A stretch of DNA of 64,000 nucleotides from the NCBI GenBank assembly GCA_041489255.1, contig JBGPQV010000010.1, forward strand, positions 29,125 to 93,124. The letters run 5' to 3'. This DNA comes from Thermoplasmata archaeon (GTDB lineage: Archaea; Thermoplasmatota; Thermoplasmata; RBG-16-68-12; JAFNFQ01). The position numbers and the translations under genes were made by a program. Shown here in pieces: positions 10,087-17,977 of this stretch; the first letter of the stretch is position 1; each line of letters starts with the position of its first letter. The notes below the pieces were generated by a model that was given only the letters and a program-made list of their open reading frames with translations, was not told the DNA's origin and made no database searches.

Positions 10087-10803
10087 CTACCAGTGGCTGC
10101 CGGGTCCCCGCTTTGCCTTGCCGACGAGATATGACAGCGTCAACTGCTTCTCGCCGCGCTGGAAACGGTCCTTGAGCGCGTCCCATCGCCCGTCTTCCAT
10201 CCACTCCCGCAGCTTCCTCCCACCAAGGAACAACTCGACCTCGTCCATCGAGTTGAACTGGATCACGTGCTGCTCCACGCCGAGGAATTCCGGTTCGAAG
10301 AAGTCCTCCCTCAGCAGGTCTTCCAGCTCATCCTCGGTATAGGCGTGGCTCGACTGCATTCCCGTTTCCCGCCAGTGGTCTGAATGGTGGCAGCAGAAGA
10401 TCAGCACGGATCCGACGGGCATGGCTGCGGTTATCCGCCAGAGAAAAGCCTCCGACATGTAGAAGCTGCTGACCACAGCATCGACAGGGCCGTCGTAGAT
10501 GTTCCTGAACGGCTCGTCTTCCAGGTTGGCGAGGAGGAAGTCTATGTTCCTGATGTTCTTGAAGGCAGCGTACTGCCTAGCCTGCCAGAGCGCGTTCTCA
10601 TCGACATCGATCGCGACGACGCGTCCGACGTTCGGCGCCAGGAAGAAGGCAAGGCGGCCCTGCCCCGTACCGGCGTCGACTACGGTGCTCCTCCTCAGGT
10701 CCGTTCTGAGCAGGATGTCCTTGAACATCGGCGTGAGGAGTTCCCATTCCCTTTGCGCCTGGCGAAAATCGACAGACCTCTCGTTTGTGGTGATTGAGAC
10801 CAT
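10087..10803 (-). CDS. Class I SAM-dependent methyltransferase
   Basis: VVDAGTGQG motif I, VVAIDVD motif II. Confidence 0.85.
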   Translation of the reverse strand: MVSITTNERSVDFRQAQREWELLTPMFKDILLRTDLRRSTVVDAGTGQGRLAFFLAPNVGRVVAIDVDENALWQARQYAAFKNIRNIDFLLANLEDEPFRNIYDGPVDAVVSSFYMSEAFLWRITAAMPVGSVLIFCCHHSDHWRETGMQSSHAYTEDELEDLLREDFFEPEFLGVEQHVIQFNSMDEVELFLGGRKLREWMEDGRWDALKDRFQRGEKQLTLSYLVGKAKRGPGSHW

Positions 10804-10910
10804 GCCGGGCCCTCGCGGGGGTATCTCGGTGTTTCTTATATGTTATGTCGGTCCGGGCCCTCCCCATCCCGCCGCAAAGGTTGAAGTCGGAAGCGGCCTT
10901 CTGCGACGCG

Positions 10911-11459
10911 ATGACCATATACCTCGCCGAATCAGCCAAGATAATCGGTGATGTCCTCATCGGGGGAGGCTCTAGCGTCTGGCACGGGGCCGTCTTGAGG
11001 GCCGACCTGGACAAGATAGCGATTGGCGGCTACACGAACATCCAGGACAACGCAGTCATCCACCTGGACTTGGACTTCCCCGCCATAGTCGGAGACAGGG
11101 TGACCGTTGGGCACCTGGCGATTGTCCATGGCTGCACGATTGGTAGCGACTGCGTGATCGGCATGGGTGCCGCCATAGGCAATGACGCGGTCATCGGCGA
11201 CTGGTCGATCGTCGCGCCCGGGGCGGTCGTGACAGAGTCGTCGAAGTTCCCGAAGGAAAGCGTCATAGCTGGCGTCCCTGCAAAGGTCGTGCGACAGGTC
11301 GATGGACGTCTGAGGGACAGGATCGAGGTGTCTTGGAAGATATACCACGAGCTCGCGAAAAGCAGCTTGACCGCCAAGAAGGACATGGCCGGTGACGAGA
11401 GCAAGAGGATCAAGGTCGAGGTGGCGGGAGAGATCGCAAGCATCATCCGCAACAGATGA
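10911..11459 (+). CDS. Gamma-carbonic anhydrase family (hexapeptide-repeat) protein
   Basis: IIGDV, LRAD, TNIQDNAVIH, VTVGH, VHGC zinc-ligand His residues. Confidence 0.92.
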   Translation: MTIYLAESAKIIGDVLIGGGSSVWHGAVLRADLDKIAIGGYTNIQDNAVIHLDLDFPAIVGDRVTVGHLAIVHGCTIGSDCVIGMGAAIGNDAVIGDWSIVAPGAVVTESSKFPKESVIAGVPAKVVRQVDGRLRDRIEVSWKIYHELAKSSLTAKKDMAGDESKRIKVEVAGEIASIIRNR

Positions 11460-11543
11460 GCGGACACGGTCCCATTCTTGGCGGGAGCGCAGACCCATTT
11501 TATAAATGGCCGGAGCACACTGCGAGTGGCGGTGGTGACAAGC

Positions 11544-12251
11544 ATGGAGGAGCGGAAACGCATCGCCTCTGAGTTGACCGAGAAATTAAAGGTCGACGCC
11601 AACGTCGTGGCCGTCGCGCTATACCCGCAAGTCGAGCCCAGTCCGGGTGAGGATGCACCGGCTCTTGAGATGCTTGTCGTAGTCTCCAGGATGCCTTTCG
11701 ACTTGGATATGCTGGGTATGAAGAAGGTCATTGTGAGTGGCTCAGCAATCGCGCTTTTCTATGTCACTCCCGAGCGCCTCCGCGCCGCCATCGATGACGA
11801 GGCTGGCTGCTGGTTCACTTCTGGGAGGGTCCTCTACAGCGGGACCCTGTATGACCAGAAAGGAATTCTGGTCGGCCTGAGGAAGGCTGTGAACTCCGTT
11901 TCCAGAGAGAGAAGGTCGGCGACATTCGAAACGTGGTTCGAAGAAGCCAAGGCGTTTCCGGCGATAGCCCTCCAGCGTGGAATCACCTCGATGGACACCC
12001 CGAACATGATCCTGCTCAGGGACGACCCTGCCCTCGCCCGCGCATTGTTCCTGCTCAACTCGAGGCCGCCGAGGGGACCGGTATTACTCATGGAGGATGC
12101 CATGAGCCTTCAGAAGCTCCCTTCCGGTTTCCAGGCGATCACTGACATATTGAAGGGATTGGACCGGCTTAACCTGAAGAAGTTCGAGAAGGCTAGGAAG
12201 GCCTACAGCGACCTGATTTCCGACATCAGGAGCCTCGCCAAGACCCTCTGA
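11544..12251 (+). CDS. Nucleotidyltransferase-fold (KNTase-like) protein, catalytic motif degenerate
   Basis: VVAVALY...LEMLVVV and LYDQKG pattern; GS and DxD residues not present. Confidence 0.55.
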   Translation: MEERKRIASELTEKLKVDANVVAVALYPQVEPSPGEDAPALEMLVVVSRMPFDLDMLGMKKVIVSGSAIALFYVTPERLRAAIDDEAGCWFTSGRVLYSGTLYDQKGILVGLRKAVNSVSRERRSATFETWFEEAKAFPAIALQRGITSMDTPNMILLRDDPALARALFLLNSRPPRGPVLLMEDAMSLQKLPSGFQAITDILKGLDRLNLKKFEKARKAYSDLISDIRSLAKTL

Positions 12252-12263
12252 GGCAGCCGCTAC

Positions 12264-12590
12264 TCAGAGCTCTGCCCACTTGTCGACCCCTTCCCAGACG
12301 CGGACCGTGATCGGGTACGTGAAGCTCTTCCTCAGCTCCCCGTGCAGCAGCTCGCAGATGTTCTCGACGGTCGGCACCTTCAGAGTGCTGTTCCAGTCGC
12401 GGTGGTCGTACGTGGCGAGGACCGCGCGCACCCGTTCCTTGAACTCGGCGAAATCGACGATCATGTCGCCTCGCTGCTCGCTGTCGAGGGTCACGTCGAT
12501 CCGGTAGGTGTGCCCGTGCGGGGAACCGCACTTCTTGTGGCCGGTCAGGTGGTGAGCGCAATCGACGTACTCAGTTATCCCGAGCTTCAT
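12264..12590 (-). CDS. queD: 6-carboxytetrahydropterin synthase (QueD/PTPS)
   Basis: AHHL..HKKC..PHGHTY, VDF, DH, PTVEN, VWE motifs. Confidence 0.93.
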   Translation of the reverse strand: MKLGITEYVDCAHHLTGHKKCGSPHGHTYRIDVTLDSEQRGDMIVDFAEFKERVRAVLATYDHRDWNSTLKVPTVENICELLHGELRKSFTYPITVRVWEGVDKWAEL

Positions 12591-12630
12591 CCGCGCCCGA
12601 AGAGGAGCGGCACCGATAAATGCCTTTCCT

Positions 12631-13281
12631 TCATTTCCCGCGGCGGGATGGGCCAATGTCAGCCGAGGAGAGCGCATGATCCCTCTCGATACAGGAGGAG
12701 CACTTCCCGCAAGGCTTCTTGCCATCGAACCGGCAGCTCCAGGTCAGGCCGAGGGGAGCGCCGAGCCTGAGGCCAAGCCTCACCACGTCCTGCTTCGTCT
12801 TGTCCCTCAATGGGGTGAGGATTCTGACCACTTTCTGGCGGTAGCTCCAGAGCCCCATTTTCAGCAGACCGTTCATTTGCCTGAAGAAGGACGGGTTTGA
12901 GTCGGGAAACTCCTCCGGATCGCCCTTGTTGTGACCGCCCACGATGAATTCTGCCCCCTCGACCTCCGCGTAGTATGCGGCGATTGAGTAGAAGATCATG
13001 TTTCTGGCGGGAATGTAGCCTTCTGGCGCATCCTTGAGTGTTCTTGGCACCCGCCCTTCCTTCGCCAAGTCGTGGACTTCTTTCACGGATTCCAATGGAA
13101 CCTCGATGAAATGTTCGATTCCCGCCTTCCTCAGTATCAGGCGCGTCGCGGATTTCTCCGCTTTCGCGCGCGCGAAGTAATCGAAGGTGAGGGGGATTGG
13201 TTCCCAATCCTTTCTCATGACCCACCAGAGCGCGATGGTGGAGTCGATTCCCCCGGAGACAAGCACAATCGCTTTGGTCAT
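12631..13281 (-). CDS. queC: 7-cyano-7-deazaguanine synthase
   Basis: SGGIDS PP-loop, YIPARN, TWSC...PCGKCSSC zinc motif. Confidence 0.93.
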   Translation of the reverse strand: MTKAIVLVSGGIDSTIALWWVMRKDWEPIPLTFDYFARAKAEKSATRLILRKAGIEHFIEVPLESVKEVHDLAKEGRVPRTLKDAPEGYIPARNMIFYSIAAYYAEVEGAEFIVGGHNKGDPEEFPDSNPSFFRQMNGLLKMGLWSYRQKVVRILTPLRDKTKQDVVRLGLRLGAPLGLTWSCRFDGKKPCGKCSSCIERDHALSSADIGPSRRGK

Positions 13282-13417
13282 GAAGACAGATTCCATCGAA
13301 GTCGCGGTTGACCATAAACCTGCTTCATGGCCCTGCCCTGGATCCCAAGGGTCGGCACCCGCCAATCCGCCAGATTCATCAAGGAGCGTTTGCTTATCAA
13401 GGAGAAGTGGTGAGACT

Positions 13418-13870
13418 CTGACAGAGCTGAACGTAGGTTCGCAGGCACCGGATTTCGAATCGGTCGACCAGAACGGGAACAAGGTCCGCCTGAGCGGTTT
13501 CCGAGGTAAGACTGTCGTCCTCTATTTCTATCCAAAGGACAACACGCCCGGGTGCACGGCCGAGGCGTGCTCTTTCAGGGACGACATGGACCAAATCGCA
13601 GAAGCTGGTATCAAAGTCCTCGGAGTGAGCGCGGACGGAGTCGACTCTCACAAGAAATTCGAGAAAAAATACGATCTTAACTTCACTCTAGTGGCCGACC
13701 CCGGGCGGAACATCATCGATGAGTATGGTGTCAGAGGCGCCTTTGGCACCGCCCGCAGGGTCACATTCCTCATAGACCCTGATGGAAAGATCCGGCACGT
13801 CTGGCAGAAAGTGAGCCCGCGGGGACACAGCGCCGAGGTGCTTGAAAAGGTCAAGGAATTGGGTCTGTGA
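13418..13870 (+). CDS. bcp: Peroxiredoxin Bcp/PrxQ
   Basis: LYFYPKDNTPGCTAEACSFRD; homology begins at CTG 13418 after a GGTGA RBS. Confidence 0.92.
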   Translation: MTELNVGSQAPDFESVDQNGNKVRLSGFRGKTVVLYFYPKDNTPGCTAEACSFRDDMDQIAEAGIKVLGVSADGVDSHKKFEKKYDLNFTLVADPGRNIIDEYGVRGAFGTARRVTFLIDPDGKIRHVWQKVSPRGHSAEVLEKVKELGL

Positions 13871-13927
13871 CCAGACGGTCCTGCGCACAGGCTTGAACGT
13901 GTCGGAACCCGGCTATTGCGCCGAATG

Positions 13928-14007
13928 CACCCAGCATGCCGGAGGCGACAGCGTGTCTCGCATGATGCCGAAAACCCTCCGTAACCGACCTGGATGCATG
14001 TTGGGTG
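13928..14007 (+). other. Nested intergenic stem-loop (candidate structured RNA or terminator)
   Basis: CACCCAGCATGC (13928-39) pairs with GCATGTTGGGTG (13996-14007; one G-U); inner CGGAGG/CCTCCG stem and GACA/TGTC hairpin. Confidence 0.4.
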
Positions 14008-14036
14008 GTATCAAGGATGAAAAAGATAATCTAGCC

Positions 14037-14052
14037 TTTTAATATATGTATA
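14037..14052 (+). promoter_or_regulatory. Putative TATA-box promoter of the DUF11-longin/GTPase cluster
   Basis: TTTTAATATATGTATA AT-rich island in a ~60% GC background, ~90 bp upstream of ATG 14138. Confidence 0.5.
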
Positions 14053-14137
14053 GTCTAGTGGGGTTCAGTATCGGTTCATCTGCCCCAAGCAGGGGGGAAC
14101 AAATCTGAAGAGATGGCGGGCCAATCGGCTAGCAGGC

Positions 14138-17100
14138 ATGATTGTAGCAATCTTGCTCTTGTCGCTGGCGAGCGCGCCTGGACCTCTCATCGCGCCAAAA
14201 GCCGCGGCGGCATCCGAAGAGGTCTTCGTTCAATACCTTGGACCGCAGTCCGGCGAGTCCGACAACGCGTACTCCAACCAGATGCTTGCTCAGTCTTTTG
14301 TGGCCAGTGCCGGTTACAAGGTTACGCGAATCGAGCTCTACGTCAACGACTTAGGGACGGACAACTGGGCCCTTCTATCCCTGGCGGCGAACAATCCTGT
14401 GGATAATACGCCCGGTTTATCGGTCATCGGCTCGTCTGCGAATGGGCCGGACGGATGGGACTGGGTTTCGTTCGCGATTCCGGATGTCCCGGGAGCGGCC
14501 CTTACAGCTGGTTCGGTGTATTGGATCGTGCTCTCGGACCCAGCGAACAACAATCCCAATGGCTACGGATGGGCGAAGCGCACGACAGACCCCAGGTATC
14601 CGAGCGGTGAGAGCGCAACGTGTTCTGGCAGCAACTGCAGATGGCAGAAGGATCCGAACAGCGACTATCTCTTCAAGGTCTTCGGCATCAACGGGCCGAG
14701 CATAGACAGTTGGTGCGAGGTCAACGCGGCCTTCGCGGGTTCGGGCGACCCGCTGAACTACACGATTCATTTCGACAATACGGGGAATCAGTACGCCCCG
14801 AACCTGTGGACTAACATGTCGCTATCCCCTGAATTGACGTATCAAAGCGACGACTCGATCCAATATGGAGGAGCGCGCTCTTCCCCGAACTGGGTGTTCA
14901 AGAATGTGGTGGTGGGTCTCCATTCGTTCCACATCAACGTCACCGTGGGATTGGGAGTGCGCGACGGCACTTCACTCAGAGCGAACTTCACCTTCCAGTA
15001 TTCCGACAGCAAAGGGGAGATGCAGGAGGATCGCAGCTGCAGCGTATTGACGATAGCGCGTGTGCCGAGTCTTTCCATGTACAAGGAGGTGGCACCAACA
15101 TACTCCGTCCGAGGAGGCGCGCTGGACTACACCATCACTTTCACTAACTCGGGTTCCAAGCCGGCCGGCACGGTCTGGGTGAACGATACTCTCCCCAGCG
15201 CCCTGAATTACTCCTTTGACACGGCGGCAAATGGCACTGGACCCGGAAACACCTCAGGGATTCTGGAGTACAAGTCCGTCGTCGGCAATATGCTGTCTTT
15301 CAATTTCACGAATGTGATTCCGAGCACCTATCGGTTCACCATCAAAGCGAGCATAAGCACCACGGTCCTCAACGGGACGCCGATCATCAACTGTGCTTCG
15401 TTGAGCTACACGGACAGTTCTAGGAGGGTGATTGGCCCCGTCATGGCCTGCGCAACGGCGAGAGTCGAAGGCGCGAGCATCCGTGCGAAGCAAGAAACAT
15501 TGGATAGCCCCGTGGCACGGGATGATGCTCTGAGGTATCAGGTGTCATTCGATAACGAAGGGACAGCCTCATCGGCATTCGTCTGGATCAACGACACCTT
15601 GCCCGCAGGCGTGGCATACCTCAACGACACGGCATGGAGGTTGCCGAACTTCAACTCCACTCTTTCGCGGCGTGACAGCAGCCACCTCTACTACGTCTTC
15701 ACAAATGTGCAGACCAACGATCCTCTGTTGCAGCCTCGCTACTTCGTCGTCACCGTGTTGGTCGGACAGTCGGTCAATGACGGAGACTCGCTCTGCAATC
15801 ACGCCGAGCTGGCATACACAGACTGGGATGGTTCGATGCTGCTACCATCTTCGGCGGACTCATGTGCGAATGTGATGATACCGAGCATCACCCTCACGGC
15901 GGTGGGCACCCCGGAGGCAGATCCTGGGGACTTCATAATCTACGACGTGACCATCGACAATGTCGGGTCTGGGACCGCACGCTTTGTCTCGTTCAGGCTT
16001 TTCGAGGCTCAACAATTGAACTATTATTATGACGATTCCAGCGTGCCTCGCAATCCCCCGTTGGAGGTGGTTAGGACAAGTGCGCAGGAATGGCAAATCG
16101 CCAACATGGGGCATCGCAGCATCGCCCTGACCTTCACCTACAAGTTAAGAGCGGGCCTGCCTGACGGAATGTTGGTGACGTCAGAGTTCGAAATGAATCA
16201 CACAGACTACAAAGGACGGGAGATAGGCTCCGAAGAGACTGTCGTCTCGACGACCGTCACGGCGCCGGTCATCTCACTGAAGGTCATCCAGAACTTGACG
16301 GAAGTGCCGAGAGGAGACGAAATAACCTACACGGTATTCTACAACAACACAGGGCACGGCATCGCCAGGAACGTCTGGATAAACGATACAATCCCCGACG
16401 AGACTGCATTCTGGCGGTCGAGCGAGCAGTACTTTGCCAGCTCCGGAGGCAGGATAACCTGGCACTTCGTCGACGTGGGGCCAGGCAATCATAGCATGAC
16501 CGCGACCTTGAGGGTGGATGTTCAAGCGAGGGTCGGCTCGAACTTAGACAATACCGTCGATTTGATCTACGAGGACGGGAACGGAAATTACATCGACAGG
16601 CTGTTTGACGGGATTTCAGCCGAGGTGGTCGACGGCACCGACGACCAGTCGACTTTCCTGCAGAATTATTTGGTATGGGTGCTCGTCGTCATCCTTCTGA
16701 TCACGATCGCATGCATGTGGCTATTCGTAGGTCGGAAGTTCTACGGACTCGGCATCAAGGACAAGGCGAGAATCGATGAGCTGTTCTTGCTCCATAGGAG
16801 CGGGGAATTGATCAGGCACCACAGCCGCAGCTTAAGGGTGGATGTAGACAGCGACGTGCTCAGTGCCATGCTCGTTGCCGTCCAGAATTTCGTCAAGGAG
16901 TCCTTCAACTTCCGTGCGGGCGACCTCGAGGAGCTCAAGTTCGGAGACCAGAAGATAATGCTCATCCACGGCGAACATGTCATCTTGGCAGCCGTCGTAG
17001 CAGGGCCGTTCCCGCAGCGCTTGGAGCCGGGCATGAGGGCCGCGCTGGACGGGATAGAGTCGCGTTTCGGCTCGTCTTTGGAGGATTGGAGCGGCATCAC

Positions 17101-17158
17101 GGAGGATCTGCCGGAGGTCGACGACATCCTATCGGGCGTTTTCGACGCCAAGGCGTAG
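14138..17158 (+). CDS. Type I membrane protein: signal peptide, N-terminal beta-sandwich, ~5 DUF11/Ig-like repeats, TM helix, cytoplasmic longin-like domain
   Basis: Signal peptide; repeats G..L.Y.I.F.N.G...VW.NDTLP; TM YLVWVLVVILLITIACMWLFVG followed by RK; C-terminal IDELFLLHRSG...DSDVLSAMLVAVQNFVKESF domain. Confidence 0.9.
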   Translation: MIVAILLLSLASAPGPLIAPKAAAASEEVFVQYLGPQSGESDNAYSNQMLAQSFVASAGYKVTRIELYVNDLGTDNWALLSLAANNPVDNTPGLSVIGSSANGPDGWDWVSFAIPDVPGAALTAGSVYWIVLSDPANNNPNGYGWAKRTTDPRYPSGESATCSGSNCRWQKDPNSDYLFKVFGINGPSIDSWCEVNAAFAGSGDPLNYTIHFDNTGNQYAPNLWTNMSLSPELTYQSDDSIQYGGARSSPNWVFKNVVVGLHSFHINVTVGLGVRDGTSLRANFTFQYSDSKGEMQEDRSCSVLTIARVPSLSMYKEVAPTYSVRGGALDYTITFTNSGSKPAGTVWVNDTLPSALNYSFDTAANGTGPGNTSGILEYKSVVGNMLSFNFTNVIPSTYRFTIKASISTTVLNGTPIINCASLSYTDSSRRVIGPVMACATARVEGASIRAKQETLDSPVARDDALRYQVSFDNEGTASSAFVWINDTLPAGVAYLNDTAWRLPNFNSTLSRRDSSHLYYVFTNVQTNDPLLQPRYFVVTVLVGQSVNDGDSLCNHAELAYTDWDGSMLLPSSADSCANVMIPSITLTAVGTPEADPGDFIIYDVTIDNVGSGTARFVSFRLFEAQQLNYYYDDSSVPRNPPLEVVRTSAQEWQIANMGHRSIALTFTYKLRAGLPDGMLVTSEFEMNHTDYKGREIGSEETVVSTTVTAPVISLKVIQNLTEVPRGDEITYTVFYNNTGHGIARNVWINDTIPDETAFWRSSEQYFASSGGRITWHFVDVGPGNHSMTATLRVDVQARVGSNLDNTVDLIYEDGNGNYIDRLFDGISAEVVDGTDDQSTFLQNYLVWVLVVILLITIACMWLFVGRKFYGLGIKDKARIDELFLLHRSGELIRHHSRSLRVDVDSDVLSAMLVAVQNFVKESFNFRAGDLEELKFGDQKIMLIHGEHVILAAVVAGPFPQRLEPGMRAALDGIESRFGSSLEDWSGITEDLPEVDDILSGVFDAKA

Positions 17159-17238
17159 CCGTTCCGGGCGGTCCGGCCAAATCTGCAACCAGTTTTGAGA
17201 ATCAGGCGCGAGTCTTTTTATGCGGGCCAGTCGGATGA

Positions 17239-17871
17239 ATGCAGGCATCTGGAGATTCAATGATTCCGCCGGATCTAGTCGATATGCTAGTGGTATTCCT
17301 CGTAGGATACTCCGTCATCCAGGGTCTCTGGTTGCTACACCTCACTCGCCAGGTTCGCAATCACATGCGCGCGCAGGAAGCATTGGCAGCGCAACAGATG
17401 CTCGAGCATGTCGAGGCAGAGAAGAACACGTCGATAGAAGACATCTTCCTGCTGCACCGCAGCGGACTGCTCCTAAAGCACTACACGAAACGCATGAGGC
17501 CCAATGTTGACAGTGACGTTCTGAGCGGCATGCTGGTTGCCGTGCAGGAGTTCATCAAGGACTCGTTCAGAGGCGAAAAAGGTGCCTTAAATGAGATATG
17601 GTTCGGTGATGTCAGGATAGTGGTGCTCGAAGGTCAATGGACGATCGTTGCATGCCTCGTAAGGGGGGAGAGGGTGACGGACATCCAGCCTCAGATTGCA
17701 GCCGCGATGCGCGATGTGGAGGACAAGTATGGCGACCTCTTGATGAACTGGGACGGCACTCTGGATGCAGCGCCGGAAGTCGATGTGATCATGCGCAGAC
17801 TGATATCCGGAGGATACATGGATGCAGGCCAACCGAAGAAACCTCAACCAGCAATCATTCTGGAGAGGTAG
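17239..17871 (+). CDS. Single-TM protein with cytoplasmic longin-like domain and no ectodomain
   Basis: N-terminal TM (LVVFLVGYSVIQGLWLL), short helical linker, IEDIFLLHRSG...DSDVLSGMLVAVQEFIKDSF domain; start may be ATG 17260. Confidence 0.88.
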   Translation: MQASGDSMIPPDLVDMLVVFLVGYSVIQGLWLLHLTRQVRNHMRAQEALAAQQMLEHVEAEKNTSIEDIFLLHRSGLLLKHYTKRMRPNVDSDVLSGMLVAVQEFIKDSFRGEKGALNEIWFGDVRIVVLEGQWTIVACLVRGERVTDIQPQIAAAMRDVEDKYGDLLMNWDGTLDAAPEVDVIMRRLISGGYMDAGQPKKPQPAIILER

Positions 17872-17977
17872 GCAAAGGTTATATTCGGCCTATCTTTCTG
17901 TTTCCCGGATAGCAGGAGAACTGGCCAGCCCGGTCTCGGGGAACTATCTTAAGCCGGCGAGTTGGCGGGGAAATCGC

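Noticed and set aside
12264-13281. queC/queD as a 7-deazaguanine DNA-modification (dpd) defence island
   Set aside because: No dpdA/TGT-like or restriction genes nearby; archaeosine precursor synthesis is the simpler explanation.
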